Origin: an uncultured virus (IMG/VR IMGVR_UViG_3300023210_000012)
Lineage: Duplodnaviria; Heunggongvirae; Uroviricota; Caudoviricetes
Direction: 5' to 3' (one strand)
IMG/VR virus record: IMGVR_UViG_3300023210_000012
Length of the DNA: 56,751 bases
A program made the translations under genes and the position numbers. The notes under the pieces were generated by a model. That model was not told the DNA's origin. It was given only the letters and a program-made list of their open reading frames with translations, and ran no database searches. Numbering within the stretch: the stretch's first letter is position 1; every line of letters starts with the position of its first letter. Of this stretch, positions 27,584 through 35,401 are shown piece by piece.

Positions 27584-27943
27584 CTATCCCAGTCCGCCTA
27601 GGAGCGTCTTAATCCCAGCCTTGGCGATGGCACCGAGGCCAGTTCCGATCACTTCCATGACCTTGCCGAAGGATTCCCAGAAGGTGCGGACCGCGAGGAT
27701 CTCACCTGCGACCTTCAGATTGAGGAGCTGCGCGTTGATGTGCTTCTCGGCCTCAGAGACGTCCTCGCCCTGGAGCTTCTTGACTGCAAGACGCCCCGCA
27801 TCCTTGGCTACGTCAGCGAGGATGTCCTTGACCTCATCCTTGACGCTGTCCCAGGCATCACCGAAGTCGTCCTTAACCTGATCGAGGACCTTACCGCCGA
27901 GATCCTTCGCGAGGTCTTCAAGGCTACCTGTGAGTTCGGCCAC
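27584..27943 (-). CDS. Hypothetical helical protein with hydrophobic C-terminus
   Basis: 119-aa ORF closely following the lipoprotein gene. Confidence 0.7.
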   Translation of the reverse strand: MAELTGSLEDLAKDLGGKVLDQVKDDFGDAWDSVKDEVKDILADVAKDAGRLAVKKLQGEDVSEAEKHINAQLLNLKVAGEILAVRTFWESFGKVMEVIGTGLGAIAKAGIKTLLGGLG

Positions 27944-27945
27944 GG

Positions 27946-28215
27946 CTACTCTCCTTCGCCATCAGCAGGAAGCACGGGAGCTTCAGCTTGCTCCAGGCGG
28001 AGGCGCCAGGTGGTGATAGTCCGCTTACCTCGCTTCTTCGCGTCCTTGTCGAGCGTCGTGTCCCCGTCGAGGTAAGCCTCGTAGGCGGGAGCGACTGCAT
28101 CGAAGGTAGCTCGGTCAGCCTTCGTGTAGTCGGCCCGGATCAGGTCTACGGTAGCGCAGCAGCCGGTGGACAGGGCCAGCCCGATGGCGAAGATGGAATT
28201 TCGTAGTGCTCTCAT
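27946..28215 (-). CDS. Putative lipoprotein
   Basis: Start moved to MRALRNS (GAGGAAG RBS); signal peptide ending LSTG-C. Confidence 0.7.
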   Translation of the reverse strand: MRALRNSIFAIGLALSTGCCATVDLIRADYTKADRATFDAVAPAYEAYLDGDTTLDKDAKKRGKRTITTWRLRLEQAEAPVLPADGEGE

Positions 28216-28265
28216 GTGACTTCCTCTGTGCATCAGATTAACACTTTCAGGCCAAAAAGAGCGTA

Positions 28266-28838
28266 TCAAATAGAAGCTCCTGGGACCCCTGGGACCACTG
28301 GAGCATTTGGAACACTGGGGGGTCCTGGGATCCCTGGGAGAACCTCTACCTGGTGCACAGACACGGTTAAGCTCTCGATCGATAGCTCGCTGGAACTGGC
28401 ATCAAAGTTAGAAGACGGCTGCCAGCTTTTAGGGACGCACCCAAAGAGATTGACGACCCGCCTGGGGATGAGCTTGTCAGCTCTCGTGTGGACCACAGTG
28501 AAGTTACGCCGGGGCGCCCCTGTTCCCCACACTGCCTGGAAGAACCACAGATAGAAGTCCATTGAGAGCGGGGTCACAGCAGCCTCGATAGTCGTATCTC
28601 CTGTTGTGATCTGTCCTGTAGGAATTTGGTGTGCATACGGCCAGTTTCCCTCCTGAATCGTCTTCATCCCCATTGATACGGATGGAATTGAGATGGACTT
28701 AAAGCTCAGTAGCTGTCCCTCTGAAAGTCCCTGGCCGATTTTGAATGGGAACGCTACTGGAGGGCTTGCCGCGACTGGAATGTCTAGCAGGTAATAGGAG
28801 AAGTTCTGTAGGGGATCGGTGCTGAGCGCTCTGGCCAC
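28266..28838 (-). CDS. Tail tube protein (T4 gp19-like), paralog 2
   Basis: TDPLQNFSY, IQEGN, FYLWF, FDASSSELSIESLTV. Confidence 0.82.
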   Translation of the reverse strand: MARALSTDPLQNFSYYLLDIPVAASPPVAFPFKIGQGLSEGQLLSFKSISIPSVSMGMKTIQEGNWPYAHQIPTGQITTGDTTIEAAVTPLSMDFYLWFFQAVWGTGAPRRNFTVVHTRADKLIPRRVVNLFGCVPKSWQPSSNFDASSSELSIESLTVSVHQVEVLPGIPGPPSVPNAPVVPGVPGASI

Positions 28839-28890
28839 GGGGTTAACCTCCGGTGTGCATCACATCAATGAGTCTATCAGATTCGCCCGC

Positions 28891-29283
28891 TCAGAGACGC
28901 GCCATTCTGTCCAGAACCTCTGGAACGTCGATGAAGTTAGAGAGCGTTACCCTCGCGTGAGGCTGCAGGGACCCAGGCTCATCAACTATCAGGATCTCGG
29001 CTCCACCAATAGAGACGTCAGCCCACACCGAGATACCACCTATGGCCCCGACCTCGACCGGCCATTCTTGGGCCTCGTGAAACTTGAACGACCCGAAGCG
29101 GGCCGGATCTACCACGCTCAGCATTGACGCGATCATCGGATGGACCGCAAAAATTCCAGTCCCTCCAGCCTGCCAGTACATCTGGACCAACATCAGAGGA
29201 AGAGATTGAACGTGCTCGGTGTAGGAGACGCCGCTCGGGCAGGCATTGTCCCACGATCCGTGGTACTTGAGTCCGTTCTCCAT
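28891..29283 (-). CDS. Hypothetical protein (start uncertain)
   Basis: ORF track 28891..29373; internal Met (MENGLK) avoids overlap with the divergent gene. Confidence 0.5.
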   Translation of the reverse strand: MENGLKYHGSWDNACPSGVSYTEHVQSLPLMLVQMYWQAGGTGIFAVHPMIASMLSVVDPARFGSFKFHEAQEWPVEVGAIGGISVWADVSIGGAEILIVDEPGSLQPHARVTLSNFIDVPEVLDRMARL

Positions 29284-29367
29284 ACGGTCTGGTCTTCTCT
29301 TGCTGTAAACTGATGCTAATTCCGGCACCGCCGGGTGAGATCTCAGATTACCCGATAGGCGCCCACG

Positions 29368-29574
29368 ATGCACCTCCAGCGCAACTTCGTATGGACTCTG
29401 GACCTGAGCGATAGGGAGCTCAAGGTCATCATCAAGTGCCTGGAAGGGGGAACAGGCCTCGACGCGGCTGAGGTGAGCCTAGCTAAGAAGTTGGCTGACG
29501 CCATTCCCGGAATGGCCTCACGTCTTGAGCGTGTGAGCAGCGGAAAGCGACGTCGACACACCAAGTCTGACTGA
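29368..29574 (+). CDS. Hypothetical protein
   Basis: 68-aa ORF ending just before a terminator hairpin. Confidence 0.5.
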   Translation: MHLQRNFVWTLDLSDRELKVIIKCLEGGTGLDAAEVSLAKKLADAIPGMASRLERVSSGKRRRHTKSD

Positions 29575-29575
29575 T

Positions 29576-29606
29576 GAAAAAGAGCGCCCACTAGGGGCGC
29601 TATCTT
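29576..29606. terminator. Intrinsic terminator, T-tract on the minus strand
   Basis: Stem AGCGCCC (29583-29589) / GGGCGCT (29595-29601) with AAAAAG on the left. Confidence 0.65.
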
Positions 29607-29631
29607 CCAATTGGGTCTAGATACGGGGCGT

Positions 29632-30759
29632 CTAGTTGACGACCAGTTCCACGACTATCTTCTTGGCGTAGTAGTTGATGAGGCTATGACTCACGCCTAG
29701 TTCTTCTGCCAGCTGCTTCTGATTCAACCCTGCAGCGAGCTTCGCTGGAATAGACGCGATCTGCTCTTTAGTGAGCTTCGCGTTGCCGTGCTTCTTGATG
29801 AGATTCGGCAGGTCCCAACTCTCACCACGAAGTACACGAGATATCTGGGTAGGAGTCACGCCATAATCTGCGGCCAGGCGCTTCCCGGTTACTCGCTTCC
29901 CTGAGTCCAATCCCTCTTGATACCGCGCACGGATCCTCGTGACCTGCTGGTAATCCAGCTTCGACATCCCGTGCTTGGCGCCGCGAACCCGGCACTCAGG
30001 CTTAGTGTATGCGCCGTTTTGCGGCCCGCGTGCGGCTCGACTAGGATCCCTCCGCATGGGATGGCTCTCACCTCGTAGAACCTTCTCCGGATGCCTACGC
30101 GTCCAGTGGTCATCGCCAGTGGGCGCCGTCTGACCACCAGAGGCATCGTTTGCAAGAAGGTTCAATCCTATTGAACTAATGTGCTCGACTTCGAGCTTGA
30201 GCGCTTTGGACTCGGTGAGGTTCTCGGCGATCCTATGCTCAACGGGCTTGAGACCGGCCGCAAGTAGCTTGCGGATGATCGCGAACTTGTGCCCCTTCTT
30301 CCCGGACTTAGCCTTCCGGATGTGAGCGTCAACTCGTGGTTGCTGACGATCTGACCCCTTGCCCACGTAGAACACATTGTCGGTGTCTGGCCGGATCAGT
30401 TCGTAGACGTAGTAGACCTCTGCTTTGTCCAAATATGGCGAGTTGGGATCGGTTTTCTGGTGGACACGAGGCCGAGTGGACCCGTAACGGGAGAGCTGAA
30501 CTCCGTGCTGTTCCCGTAGCTCGTTCACCAGCTTCTTAGCTGCATTTACGTGCAGATTCTCGGCGATAGCTAGGTAGCACAAACTAAGGCCTTGTTCGAC
30601 CAAGCGTCTGACCACTAAATGACGTTTGCTGTTACCGCCACGCCTTGTATCCGACAAAAGCCTGTTGAGCGCGTATCGGCCGTTTCCAGACTGCTTCTCT
30701 CGGCCAACGTAAATTACTGCGCCATCAATTGGATTCTTGATAACTACGACTCTGTACAT
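29632..30759 (-). CDS. Free-standing GIY-YIG homing endonuclease with NUMOD/HTH DNA-binding repeats
   Basis: YYVYELIRP...FYVGKG, a second degenerate N-terminal GIY-YIG, RGESHP and RGAKHGMSKL repeats, C-terminal HTH. Confidence 0.85.
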   Translation of the reverse strand: MYRVVVIKNPIDGAVIYVGREKQSGNGRYALNRLLSDTRRGGNSKRHLVVRRLVEQGLSLCYLAIAENLHVNAAKKLVNELREQHGVQLSRYGSTRPRVHQKTDPNSPYLDKAEVYYVYELIRPDTDNVFYVGKGSDRQQPRVDAHIRKAKSGKKGHKFAIIRKLLAAGLKPVEHRIAENLTESKALKLEVEHISSIGLNLLANDASGGQTAPTGDDHWTRRHPEKVLRGESHPMRRDPSRAARGPQNGAYTKPECRVRGAKHGMSKLDYQQVTRIRARYQEGLDSGKRVTGKRLAADYGVTPTQISRVLRGESWDLPNLIKKHGNAKLTKEQIASIPAKLAAGLNQKQLAEELGVSHSLINYYAKKIVVELVVN

Positions 30760-30763
30760 GGAA

Positions 30764-30802
30764 TTGCGGGCTCCTGGGTTTGTATCCCAGACTAGCCCGC
30801 AA
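30764..30802 (-). promoter_or_regulatory. RBS-sequestering hairpin upstream of the GIY-YIG gene
   Basis: TTGCGGGCT/AGCCCGCAA and CTGGG/CCCAG stems enclose AGGAG (30771-30775). Confidence 0.6.
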
Positions 30803-30834
30803 CTATGCCCGAATCAAGGTAGAAACCTAAGTCT

Positions 30835-31317
30835 CTAGTTGACAACGAGTTCCACGACTATCTCCTCGACAGCGAGGGTGATCTCCTGGATGGCGACGTC
30901 GGAGCTCGAAGCGTCCTTGTCACCGGTCGGCTTGACAGAGGTCGGGAAGACCTCCTTGAGCTGAATGACCTTCGAGGGACTACCGTCAATGCCCCATTCG
31001 TCGGCAATGTGGTATTCCTGGATCGTGATGTCAGAACGGTAGGTCTCACCGCCGTTGATGCACTTGAAGATCCAGAGGAGGAAGTCGGAGTCCTTCTTGA
31101 CCACGCCCTTGCTCAGGGAGCAATCACCGACCTTCGGAATGCCAGGATACTTTCGGGTGTACTTGAACACGCCCTCACGGTACTCCGCCATGTCGACGGT
31201 GAGGTCGGGGATGCTGGCGGTCCGGAAGCCTGCAACTGGGTCCAGGTTCTGACCCGCCGGGTCGACAACGTGAAACCGGAAGTTGTGATAGAGGTCTGTG
31301 TCAACTGCTCTAGCCAT
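30835..31317 (-). CDS. Tail tube protein (T4 gp19-like), paralog 1
   Basis: NFRFHV, EYREG...RKYPG, LSKGV, DASSSDVAIQEITLAVE. Confidence 0.9.
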   Translation of the reverse strand: MARAVDTDLYHNFRFHVVDPAGQNLDPVAGFRTASIPDLTVDMAEYREGVFKYTRKYPGIPKVGDCSLSKGVVKKDSDFLLWIFKCINGGETYRSDITIQEYHIADEWGIDGSPSKVIQLKEVFPTSVKPTGDKDASSSDVAIQEITLAVEEIVVELVVN

Positions 31318-31342
31318 AAGGGTTTATGCTCCTGTTCATACC

Positions 31343-32176
31343 TTAAAAAAGGCGAACGCCTGATCCCTTTAGGACGCGAGCGTCCCAAATCTCGAACGGA
31401 ATGTGGGGATACTGTTGGCAGAAGAGTTCGATTTTCTCCTGCTGCCCAGTGGGCCACCATCGGCCCTTGACGTCCACAACAGCCTCCAGCTCTCCGCACG
31501 TTGCGTAGATCCAAAAGTCTGGCGTGTAGGTGGCGACACCATCATCTACGATGACTGTGTATTTAGCTTTTTCGTAGTCCCAAGACTTCCCAAGCAGGTC
31601 CAAATGCTGGGCAACTCGTAGCTCCCAGAGAGACTTGAATGTGAAGGCGCGACCGCAGTCATCAGTCCACGTGTGGAAGCCAGGGCGTTTCCTAATCTTC
31701 GCTCCCATACGCCTGAGCTCGACGAGAATGCGCTTGTGGAAGACGTCAAAGTCTTCAGCAATAGCGCCTGCCGTCTCTCCGGCCTCATACCGATTCTTAA
31801 CGCTCTGCAGCTCAGTCGCAGAAAGCTCTCGCTTTTTGTAGCGCGTTTGGGTTCCCGTCCTTTTCAGGATCGAGGAGATCGCTGACTGGCTTGTATTCCA
31901 GGTTCGGGCTAATCCGACCTGAGTCTCGCCCTCCAGGTAAGCATCAATGATCTGGTCTTCTTGATCGTCCGTCCATCGCCGGTTTCGACAGCCAGTCACA
32001 TCGCGGCACACGCCTGCGGTATGGAGTACCTTGTAGACCTGGTCAACTCCTACATCAAACTGCAGAGCGATTTTAGGACCAGATAGGCCGAGCTCATAGA
32101 GACGCACCGCTTCGGTCCGCTGCTTGGAATCCAAGCTGCGGCGCCGCTTGCGCTGCTTCTCAACTGCTCTGGCCAT
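31343..32176 (-). CDS. Putative free-standing endonuclease: three HTH repeats plus a PD-(D/E)XK nuclease domain
   Basis: Repeats LYELGLS, AYLEGET, RYEAGET; FKSLWE...YE...YTPDF...DVKG. Confidence 0.8.
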   Translation of the reverse strand: MARAVEKQRKRRRSLDSKQRTEAVRLYELGLSGPKIALQFDVGVDQVYKVLHTAGVCRDVTGCRNRRWTDDQEDQIIDAYLEGETQVGLARTWNTSQSAISSILKRTGTQTRYKKRELSATELQSVKNRYEAGETAGAIAEDFDVFHKRILVELRRMGAKIRKRPGFHTWTDDCGRAFTFKSLWELRVAQHLDLLGKSWDYEKAKYTVIVDDGVATYTPDFWIYATCGELEAVVDVKGRWWPTGQQEKIELFCQQYPHIPFEIWDARVLKGSGVRLF

Positions 32177-32203
32177 GTCGTCTCCTGTGACAGATGCTCG
32201 TGT

Positions 32204-32235
32204 TGTGCATCACCACAACTGAGTCTAACAGAATC
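32204..32235 (-). promoter_or_regulatory. Putative promoter shared with the second tube gene (28854-28884)
   Basis: GATTCTGTTAGACTCAGTTGTGGTGATGCACA versus GAATCTGATAGACTCATTGATGTGATGCACA. Confidence 0.6.
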
Positions 32236-32252
32236 GGATGCGTCGGTCCATA

Positions 32253-32777
32253 TTACCGCCGCGCTTTCGGAGATTCCCTGTTCCACTTGGTCCAGGTCGA
32301 CTTAGACCCGCTTGTAGCGCCAAGTTTGCGGATCATTTCCACGAATTTTCTGTTGCAGAGGGCGCTCAACCCTTGTTGGGGAGTCCTATTCCGCCTCACA
32401 AGACTGATCGCCTCTTCAGGTCCCATGTGGGTCGCTTTCATCAACGTAAGAGCCGTCACCAACCCAGAGCGATTGAGGCCCATGTTGCACGACGACACGC
32501 ACCCTTTCCCCTCGCGTAGAGCAACCGCGAATCTATCCGAGAAATGACTGGCTAATTCTCCAACTTTTTTCAACTCATCATCATTTGCAGCGTCATTATC
32601 GTCGTACCCGCCCCTAAGTAGTTCGTAATGATTATTTGGATCAGTCGGCTGAAACTCCTGCGCAAATAGACCGATTAGATCAACTTCTTTATTAGGGCGC
32701 TGAAGGAGGGCTTTAACGTCGTTCTTATCCCCCTGCCAAATACGACCACCAGACCTATGCGTGTAAATGAGATTCAT
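32253..32777 (-). CDS. Dual-specificity / tyrosine phosphatase family protein
   Basis: CX5R loop CNMGLNRSG, then AISLVRRNR and LCNRKF. Confidence 0.85.
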   Translation of the reverse strand: MNLIYTHRSGGRIWQGDKNDVKALLQRPNKEVDLIGLFAQEFQPTDPNNHYELLRGGYDDNDAANDDELKKVGELASHFSDRFAVALREGKGCVSSCNMGLNRSGLVTALTLMKATHMGPEEAISLVRRNRTPQQGLSALCNRKFVEMIRKLGATSGSKSTWTKWNRESPKARR

Positions 32778-33318
32778 GCGGTTTATGGACTATGGCTGTA
32801 AGGTATTAAAGGGCGCATCAGAGGTAAGTACCGCGAGCAGGGGGCCAAGGGCGTTGGCAACAGACAGGCGACTTTTGTTCATCGAAGCTCTTCGCAGATC
32901 GTCTAACAAACCGGCGAGGCGTCGTCGCGGGTCTGCTCGTTGCTATGGTCCCCCATGTGAGATTCCAGATTGCACGGGCCGCACCGTCGGAAACAAACCT
33001 TACTGTCTCGATCATGTAGTAATGATGCCCTATGCAGCCAAGATACAACGTCGGGAGGAAGCACGCGAGGAGGAGATCATAACTACGACACCTCCTATCG
33101 ACGGTTATGTAGCCCAAGACCTACTCGGTGCGATCCAACTTAATCAGTCATCAATCCCGGCGCTCTCTAGGGATCTACGCGTTCCACATGATGTAGTGGA
33201 GTGGCTCGTATACAGATTGGTGGACGCAAAGATAGTCACCATTCGCCGGTCGAAGCGGAGCGTATACGTTAAGTTGGTTCCGAAAGCAGTTCCACGACCA
33301 TCGGGAGGATCTCTCTAG
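32767..33318 (+). CDS. Hypothetical protein with a Cys/His zinc motif and winged-helix-like C-terminus (start uncertain)
   Basis: CEIPDC...YCLDH; SIPALSRDLRV...LVYRL. Confidence 0.5.
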   Translation: MRFMRFMDYGCKVLKGASEVSTASRGPRALATDRRLLFIEALRRSSNKPARRRRGSARCYGPPCEIPDCTGRTVGNKPYCLDHVVMMPYAAKIQRREEAREEEIITTTPPIDGYVAQDLLGAIQLNQSSIPALSRDLRVPHDVVEWLVYRLVDAKIVTIRRSKRSVYVKLVPKAVPRPSGGSL

Positions 33319-33550
33319 TAAACCACTCGCCACGGTGGTGCCACCTACTGAACAGCCTGTGAAGCTGGAGCTCTGTTGTCCCCGCCGCTTGATCCGCGAT
33401 AACGGAACCAAGAAGTCGTAACTGGCAATCAGATCCCGTCTGAAGCGCAACTACGCGAGCGTTAACCGAGCTTGTCGTGAACCCCACTTTGATGCGGCCC
33501 GTCTCAGTATTTTCTATGAAATAGACCTTGGTTCTAGTATGAGAGGGCAT
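33269..33550 (-). CDS. GIY-YIG (T5orf172/MUG113-like) domain protein
   Basis: VYFI...IKVGFT...LQTG...LHRLF...RGEWF. Confidence 0.8.
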   Translation of the reverse strand: MPSHTRTKVYFIENTETGRIKVGFTTSSVNARVVALQTGSDCQLRLLGSVIADQAAGTTELQLHRLFSRWHHRGEWFTREILPMVVELLSEPT

Positions 33551-34067
33551 GACTACTTCATACCCTCCTGGCCTCTACAACATGATCCGCATTACAGATC
33601 AGACCGGTGTTTCCGGAACAGGTCGCGTTGCACAGGTAGCCGTTTTCGAGGACGGCTCTGCCGTCACAAGGTGGATGACCGGAAAGGACTCCTTCGCCGT
33701 CTGGGCATCGATTGAGGACCTACTTGATATCCACATACGATCTCACCCAGACACTACGAAGCTCTTACCGGCTGGTGTGGACCTCTGCGAGCACGGGGTC
33801 GACAATCACGCGGAATACTGCGACCCCTGCGCGGAAGCTGCAGTTGCTGCCGATAGGGCAGCGCACAGACGTGCTCCTACTCAGATGTTCAAGCGCGGTG
33901 ATGGGGGCCCGGCAACCATCACCGACGGACCAGCGAACATTGGCGTTCTATGCCTCACATGCACCCTGCCATTCACTACAAGCAACGACTCCTACCAAAC
34001 CAGTGAAGCTAAATGCCCAGCATGCGGCGGTGGTAGGCTCTCCAAGAAGCCCGAGCAGATCGGGTAG
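33549..34067 (+). CDS. Hypothetical protein with zinc-ribbon motifs
   Basis: DQTGVSGTGRVA N-terminal motif; CLTC...CPAC. Confidence 0.7.
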   Translation: MTTSYPPGLYNMIRITDQTGVSGTGRVAQVAVFEDGSAVTRWMTGKDSFAVWASIEDLLDIHIRSHPDTTKLLPAGVDLCEHGVDNHAEYCDPCAEAAVAADRAAHRRAPTQMFKRGDGGPATITDGPANIGVLCLTCTLPFTTSNDSYQTSEAKCPACGGGRLSKKPEQIG

Positions 34068-34094
34068 AAAGTATCAGAGAGAAGGGAGGTCCTA

Positions 34095-34421
34095 ATGGCC
34101 ATTAAACTGGAGAACGCAGGGCAGAAGAAGATCGCAGTGATTAAGGAGATCAGGTCCGCCTACGGGTTCGACCTCAAGACCTCCAAACAATGGATGGACA
34201 TGGCTCCGGTCGTTCTTCCGGACTTGAACCCGGCCATGACCCAAGCACTCGCCATGAAGTTGCGTGAATGCGGAGCTAGGGTCTTCACTGACCCAGGACC
34301 CCTCGATCGTCTAACCGCCCTCGGCTGTATTCATACCGCAGAAGAGGCTCTTGGTAACGGTGAGATAGACGAGGCTCGCGCTAATTTGCGGAACGCGCTA
34401 ACCCTAATCGGGGACATGTAG
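34095..34421 (+). CDS. Ribosomal protein bL12 (L7/L12) C-terminal domain-like protein
   Basis: LENAGQKKIAVIKEIR...DLKTSK...AP...KLRECGA matches the bL12 CTD pattern; GGAGG RBS. Confidence 0.8.
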   Translation: MAIKLENAGQKKIAVIKEIRSAYGFDLKTSKQWMDMAPVVLPDLNPAMTQALAMKLRECGARVFTDPGPLDRLTALGCIHTAEEALGNGEIDEARANLRNALTLIGDM

Positions 34422-34769
34422 TTGGTCGACCCGGAGGGCATTGACTGCAAGTCCTGCGGGGCATGCTGTATCTCCTCCAACAAGGCTGATACCTACGTCT
34501 ATGTCGGGGATGGCGATGTTCGTCGTCTCCGACTGGCGTATACCGAGAAGACGGTCAGACGCCTCGTCAGCAAGATAAACGACCCCTTCGAGATAGGGGT
34601 GCGAACCAAGACGAACGTTCAGGGGCTCGTGACCTGCATATCGCTTCGTGGGTCTGTAGGAAAGCAGTGCTCTTGTTCAATCTACGATGCACGTCCTGAT
34701 GCTTGTAGGGAGTTCATTCCGAGCGAGTTCGCCTGCCTTGCGGCCCGTAAATCAGCTGAGATCGACTAG
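34422..34769 (+). CDS. YkgJ/CxxCxxCC family cysteine-cluster protein, paralog 2
   Basis: CKSCGACC...CISLRGSVGKQCSCSIYDARPDAC. Confidence 0.8.
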   Translation: MVDPEGIDCKSCGACCISSNKADTYVYVGDGDVRRLRLAYTEKTVRRLVSKINDPFEIGVRTKTNVQGLVTCISLRGSVGKQCSCSIYDARPDACREFIPSEFACLAARKSAEID

Positions 34770-35092
34770 CCCTGCTTCTGCAGAAGCTCTGGTGGGATTC
34801 GCCAAACACTCCCATCAGGTCGCTTCTGGAGGACCGTGCCCTCTCCTACATCGAACTCCGCCTCAAGTCCATCAATCTCAGACTGCGACTGCTTAGCCCG
34901 GAAAAGGGCATTCTCGGATTGTAGCTCGGCCACTAGAGTCCTAAGGTTTGCCTCTGTGGCGAGGAGCTCGCGAAGCCGAGCCGCCAGGAATACGACCCGT
35001 TCGACCTGCACTGGGACAGGCGGCGGCGCGACAGCTGGTTTCTCGGTTTGCGGCACGATCTCTTGTGGGAGTGACGTAATGGGGTCTGTCAT
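34766..35092 (-). CDS. Small coiled-coil protein
   Basis: CAGGAG RBS; LRELLATEANLRTLVAELQSE. Confidence 0.72.
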   Translation of the reverse strand: MTDPITSLPQEIVPQTEKPAVAPPPVPVQVERVVFLAARLRELLATEANLRTLVAELQSENALFRAKQSQSEIDGLEAEFDVGEGTVLQKRPDGSVWRIPPELLQKQG

Positions 35093-35169
35093 GTGTATTC
35101 TCCTGCACTTACCGGGGATTGATGGAGCGTACCAGAGAATGACCTAAATGTCATCAGCTGATGCGATGA

Positions 35170-35397
35170 CTACGAAATCGGCCCCGGAAGATCGAATCTT
35201 CTATTTCTAGGGAAGAATCTAGGCTTCAGCCCTGTAGTCACCAGGGAGGGAAGCACTGGGGCGCCCTTCAGCCATCGGAAAGGCGCACTGGGGCGCGGAG
35301 TCTGAGCCGCCCCCTTCGTCCAGAGGAATGGAGCACTAGGGCGTGGTGTTTGTGCTGCCCCTTTCGTCCAGAGGAATGGTGCGCTTAATTCGGCCAC
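35170..35397 (-). CDS. 75-aa protein built from 16-residue tandem repeats
   Basis: SAPFLWTKGAAQTPRP twice plus SAPFRWLKGAP; DNA copies differ mainly at third codon positions. Confidence 0.7.
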   Translation of the reverse strand: MAELSAPFLWTKGAAQTPRPSAPFLWTKGAAQTPRPSAPFRWLKGAPVLPSLVTTGLKPRFFPRNRRFDLPGPIS

Positions 35398-35401
35398 AGA
35401 A

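Noticed and set aside
28424..28432. Possible self-target of the TnpB guide (CTAAAAGCT on the minus strand), and AAGCTAT matches near 6449 and 8356
   Set aside because: Matches of only 7-9 nt are expected by chance in 57 kb and there is no consistent adjacent motif.
29632..32176. Group I introns around the two endonucleases
   Set aside because: The tube ORF is complete without splicing and the flanking gaps (25-75 nt) are too short for a ribozyme core.
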